A stretch of DNA of 64,000 nucleotides from a virus (taxonomy: Duplodnaviria > Caudoviricetes), in the IMG/VR virus record IMGVR_UViG_3300024272_000023, one strand, 5' to 3'. The notes beneath the pieces were generated by a model. That model saw only the letters and a list, made by a program, of their open reading frames with translations, was not told where the DNA came from and did no database searches. A program made the translations under genes and the position numbers. The stretch's first letter is position 1, and every line of letters begins with the position of its first letter. Positions 62,657-64,000 of the stretch are shown piece after piece.

Positions 62657-64000
62657 ATGGAAAAAGTTTTGACTGCCAAGATTGATGGCAGACAGATGGA
62701 AGATGATTTTGAGATTATAGATGCTATTTTGGATAGTCGTGGCATAGAGGATATTAGTGATTTTCTAAAGCCCACTGAGGACGATATGATACCATTTGAG
62801 GAGTTAAAAGGGCTTGACGACGCATATCGGATTATAGATGACGCCATCACGATGGGAGAAAAATTCCTCGTGCTTGCAGATGTGGATGCAGATGGTTGCA
62901 GTAGCAATGCTATTATAACACGGTATCTGCGTAAGTGTGGAGCAAATGTTGAGTGTGTTATCAATGACGGTAAAAAGCACGGGGCCGAAGACTTCAATTC
63001 GAAGTTACTTGACGGCGTTGATGTAATGATTATAGTCGATTCTTTGGACAACAATCCGGAGGTATACAAAAGAATTCTCGATACTGGTGTAAAACTTGTG
63101 GTGTTTGACCACCATCTTCCTGAGCAAAGATTATTTGACGCTAGATTAGACTTCGTACTCGTAAGCTCTGCAAACGGATATCCAAATGAGTTCTTGTCTG
63201 GTGCAGGAGTTTGTCTAAAATTTGTACAATACTGTGATTACCAAAACTTGACTGATTATAGCGACGACCTATGGGCATACGCAGCAATAGGACTTATAGC
63301 AGATATGAGTTCAATGGCAGAGCCAGAAAATAGATATATTGCATATCGAGGGCTGGCGCAGTTCAGAAACCCTATGGTGCAGAAGATGGTCGGCAACTAT
63401 ACATTCGATAGTCAGTCGGTAAGTTTCAGTATTGGACCGTTGGTTAATGCCGCCATGAGAATGCATCAAAATGAAAAAGCAATGAATGTTTTTCTTGCAG
63501 AAGACGAGGACGAGATTGATGAGCTGGTTAAAGATCTGAAGAATTGCAGAGAAGAGCAGAACAAGGTTGTAGCAGAAATGCTTGACGGATTGCTTGAGCA
63601 AGGCGAGTCGCAACTTGATAGAAAGTGTATGTTCTTTATGCTTGACAATGATACGGATGCGGAAATCACAGGACTTATCGGCAACAAACTCCTTGCAATG
63701 TATCAGAGACCGTTATTTATCTTAAAGGTGAGAGATGGACAATATCAAGGTAGTATGAGAAGTATGGGCACTGAGAACTTCCTTGAGGTTGCTAATGGTA
63801 CGAGGTTGTGTCTTTGTCAAGGACACCCCAATGCTGCCGGTGCTTTTATAGACATAGATAAGTTCGAGCAGTTCAAAGAGGTTATTGAGGAAGAACTTAA
63901 GGACGTTGAGTTCTCTGTTAATATAGAAGCAGATATAGAACTTACTCCGAGCCAGATTAATGAGAATTTGGTGAAACAACTGAATGCCATTAACCGTATA
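62657..64000 (+). CDS. recJ: RecJ-like DHH single-stranded DNA exonuclease (runs off the window; not in ORF track)
   Basis: MEKVLTAKIDG..., ADVDADG, KHG, FDHH, LSGAGV, GLIAD, GSMR, GHPNAAG; AGGAG RBS. Confidence 0.9.
   Translation, partial: MEKVLTAKIDGRQMEDDFEIIDAILDSRGIEDISDFLKPTEDDMIPFEELKGLDDAYRIIDDAITMGEKFLVLADVDADGCSSNAIITRYLRKCGANVECVINDGKKHGAEDFNSKLLDGVDVMIIVDSLDNNPEVYKRILDTGVKLVVFDHHLPEQRLFDARLDFVLVSSANGYPNEFLSGAGVCLKFVQYCDYQNLTDYSDDLWAYAAIGLIADMSSMAEPENRYIAYRGLAQFRNPMVQKMVGNYTFDSQSVSFSIGPLVNAAMRMHQNEKAMNVFLAEDEDEIDELVKDLKNCREEQNKVVAEMLDGLLEQGESQLDRKCMFFMLDNDTDAEITGLIGNKLLAMYQRPLFILKVRDGQYQGSMRSMGTENFLEVANGTRLCLCQGHPNAAGAFIDIDKFEQFKEVIEEELKDVEFSVNIEADIELTPSQINENLVKQLNAINRI

Noticed and set aside
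62623-63979. Four minus-strand ORFs at the window end
   Set aside because: Antisense to the open RecJ-like frame starting at 62657.
1-64000. Alternative genetic code
   Set aside because: Long genes (RNAP, helicase, RT, RecJ) are open in code 11 and all three stop codons end genes with tight coupling.

Overview
64 kb slice of a large low-GC Firmicutes (probably clostridial, gut-type) phage with an SPbeta-like gene set and no virion genes in the window. Left arm (1-19.2 kb, all minus strand): tRNA cluster, YonK-like protein, GIY-YIG endonuclease, PhoH, ClpP, YonO-like single-subunit RNA polymerase, metallophosphoesterase, Thg1-like guanylyltransferase, CoaD/CoaE and many small ORFs. A non-coding, strongly G-skewed strand-switch region (19.2-20.3 kb) follows, then a plus-strand arm with a candidate ~830 nt structured ncRNA, dozens of small early-type ORFs, recombinase-fold genes and a replication module (SSB-like, AAA ATPase, DnaB helicase, primase, RecJ). 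Main finding: a stand-alone reverse transcriptase (37487-38749, YSDD) is followed by five tandem ~150 nt units, two uncharacterised ORFs and two more units. The seven units differ in sequence but share one fold (terminal stems with an RAG/GA internal loop, TTCA/TGAA stem, long variable hairpin, TAAAG..ATRTGCC linker), which suggests a multiplexed retron-like RT-ncRNA array. Also seen: a 22-copy operator-like motif beside a catalytically degenerate recombinase, four promoters with identical TGTAAA-N5-TGTAAA-N16-TTGACA spacing, rrn boxA-like elements and TAAAA-N6-TTTTA gene-junction sites. All calls are from reading the sequence by eye; no searches or folding programs were run.
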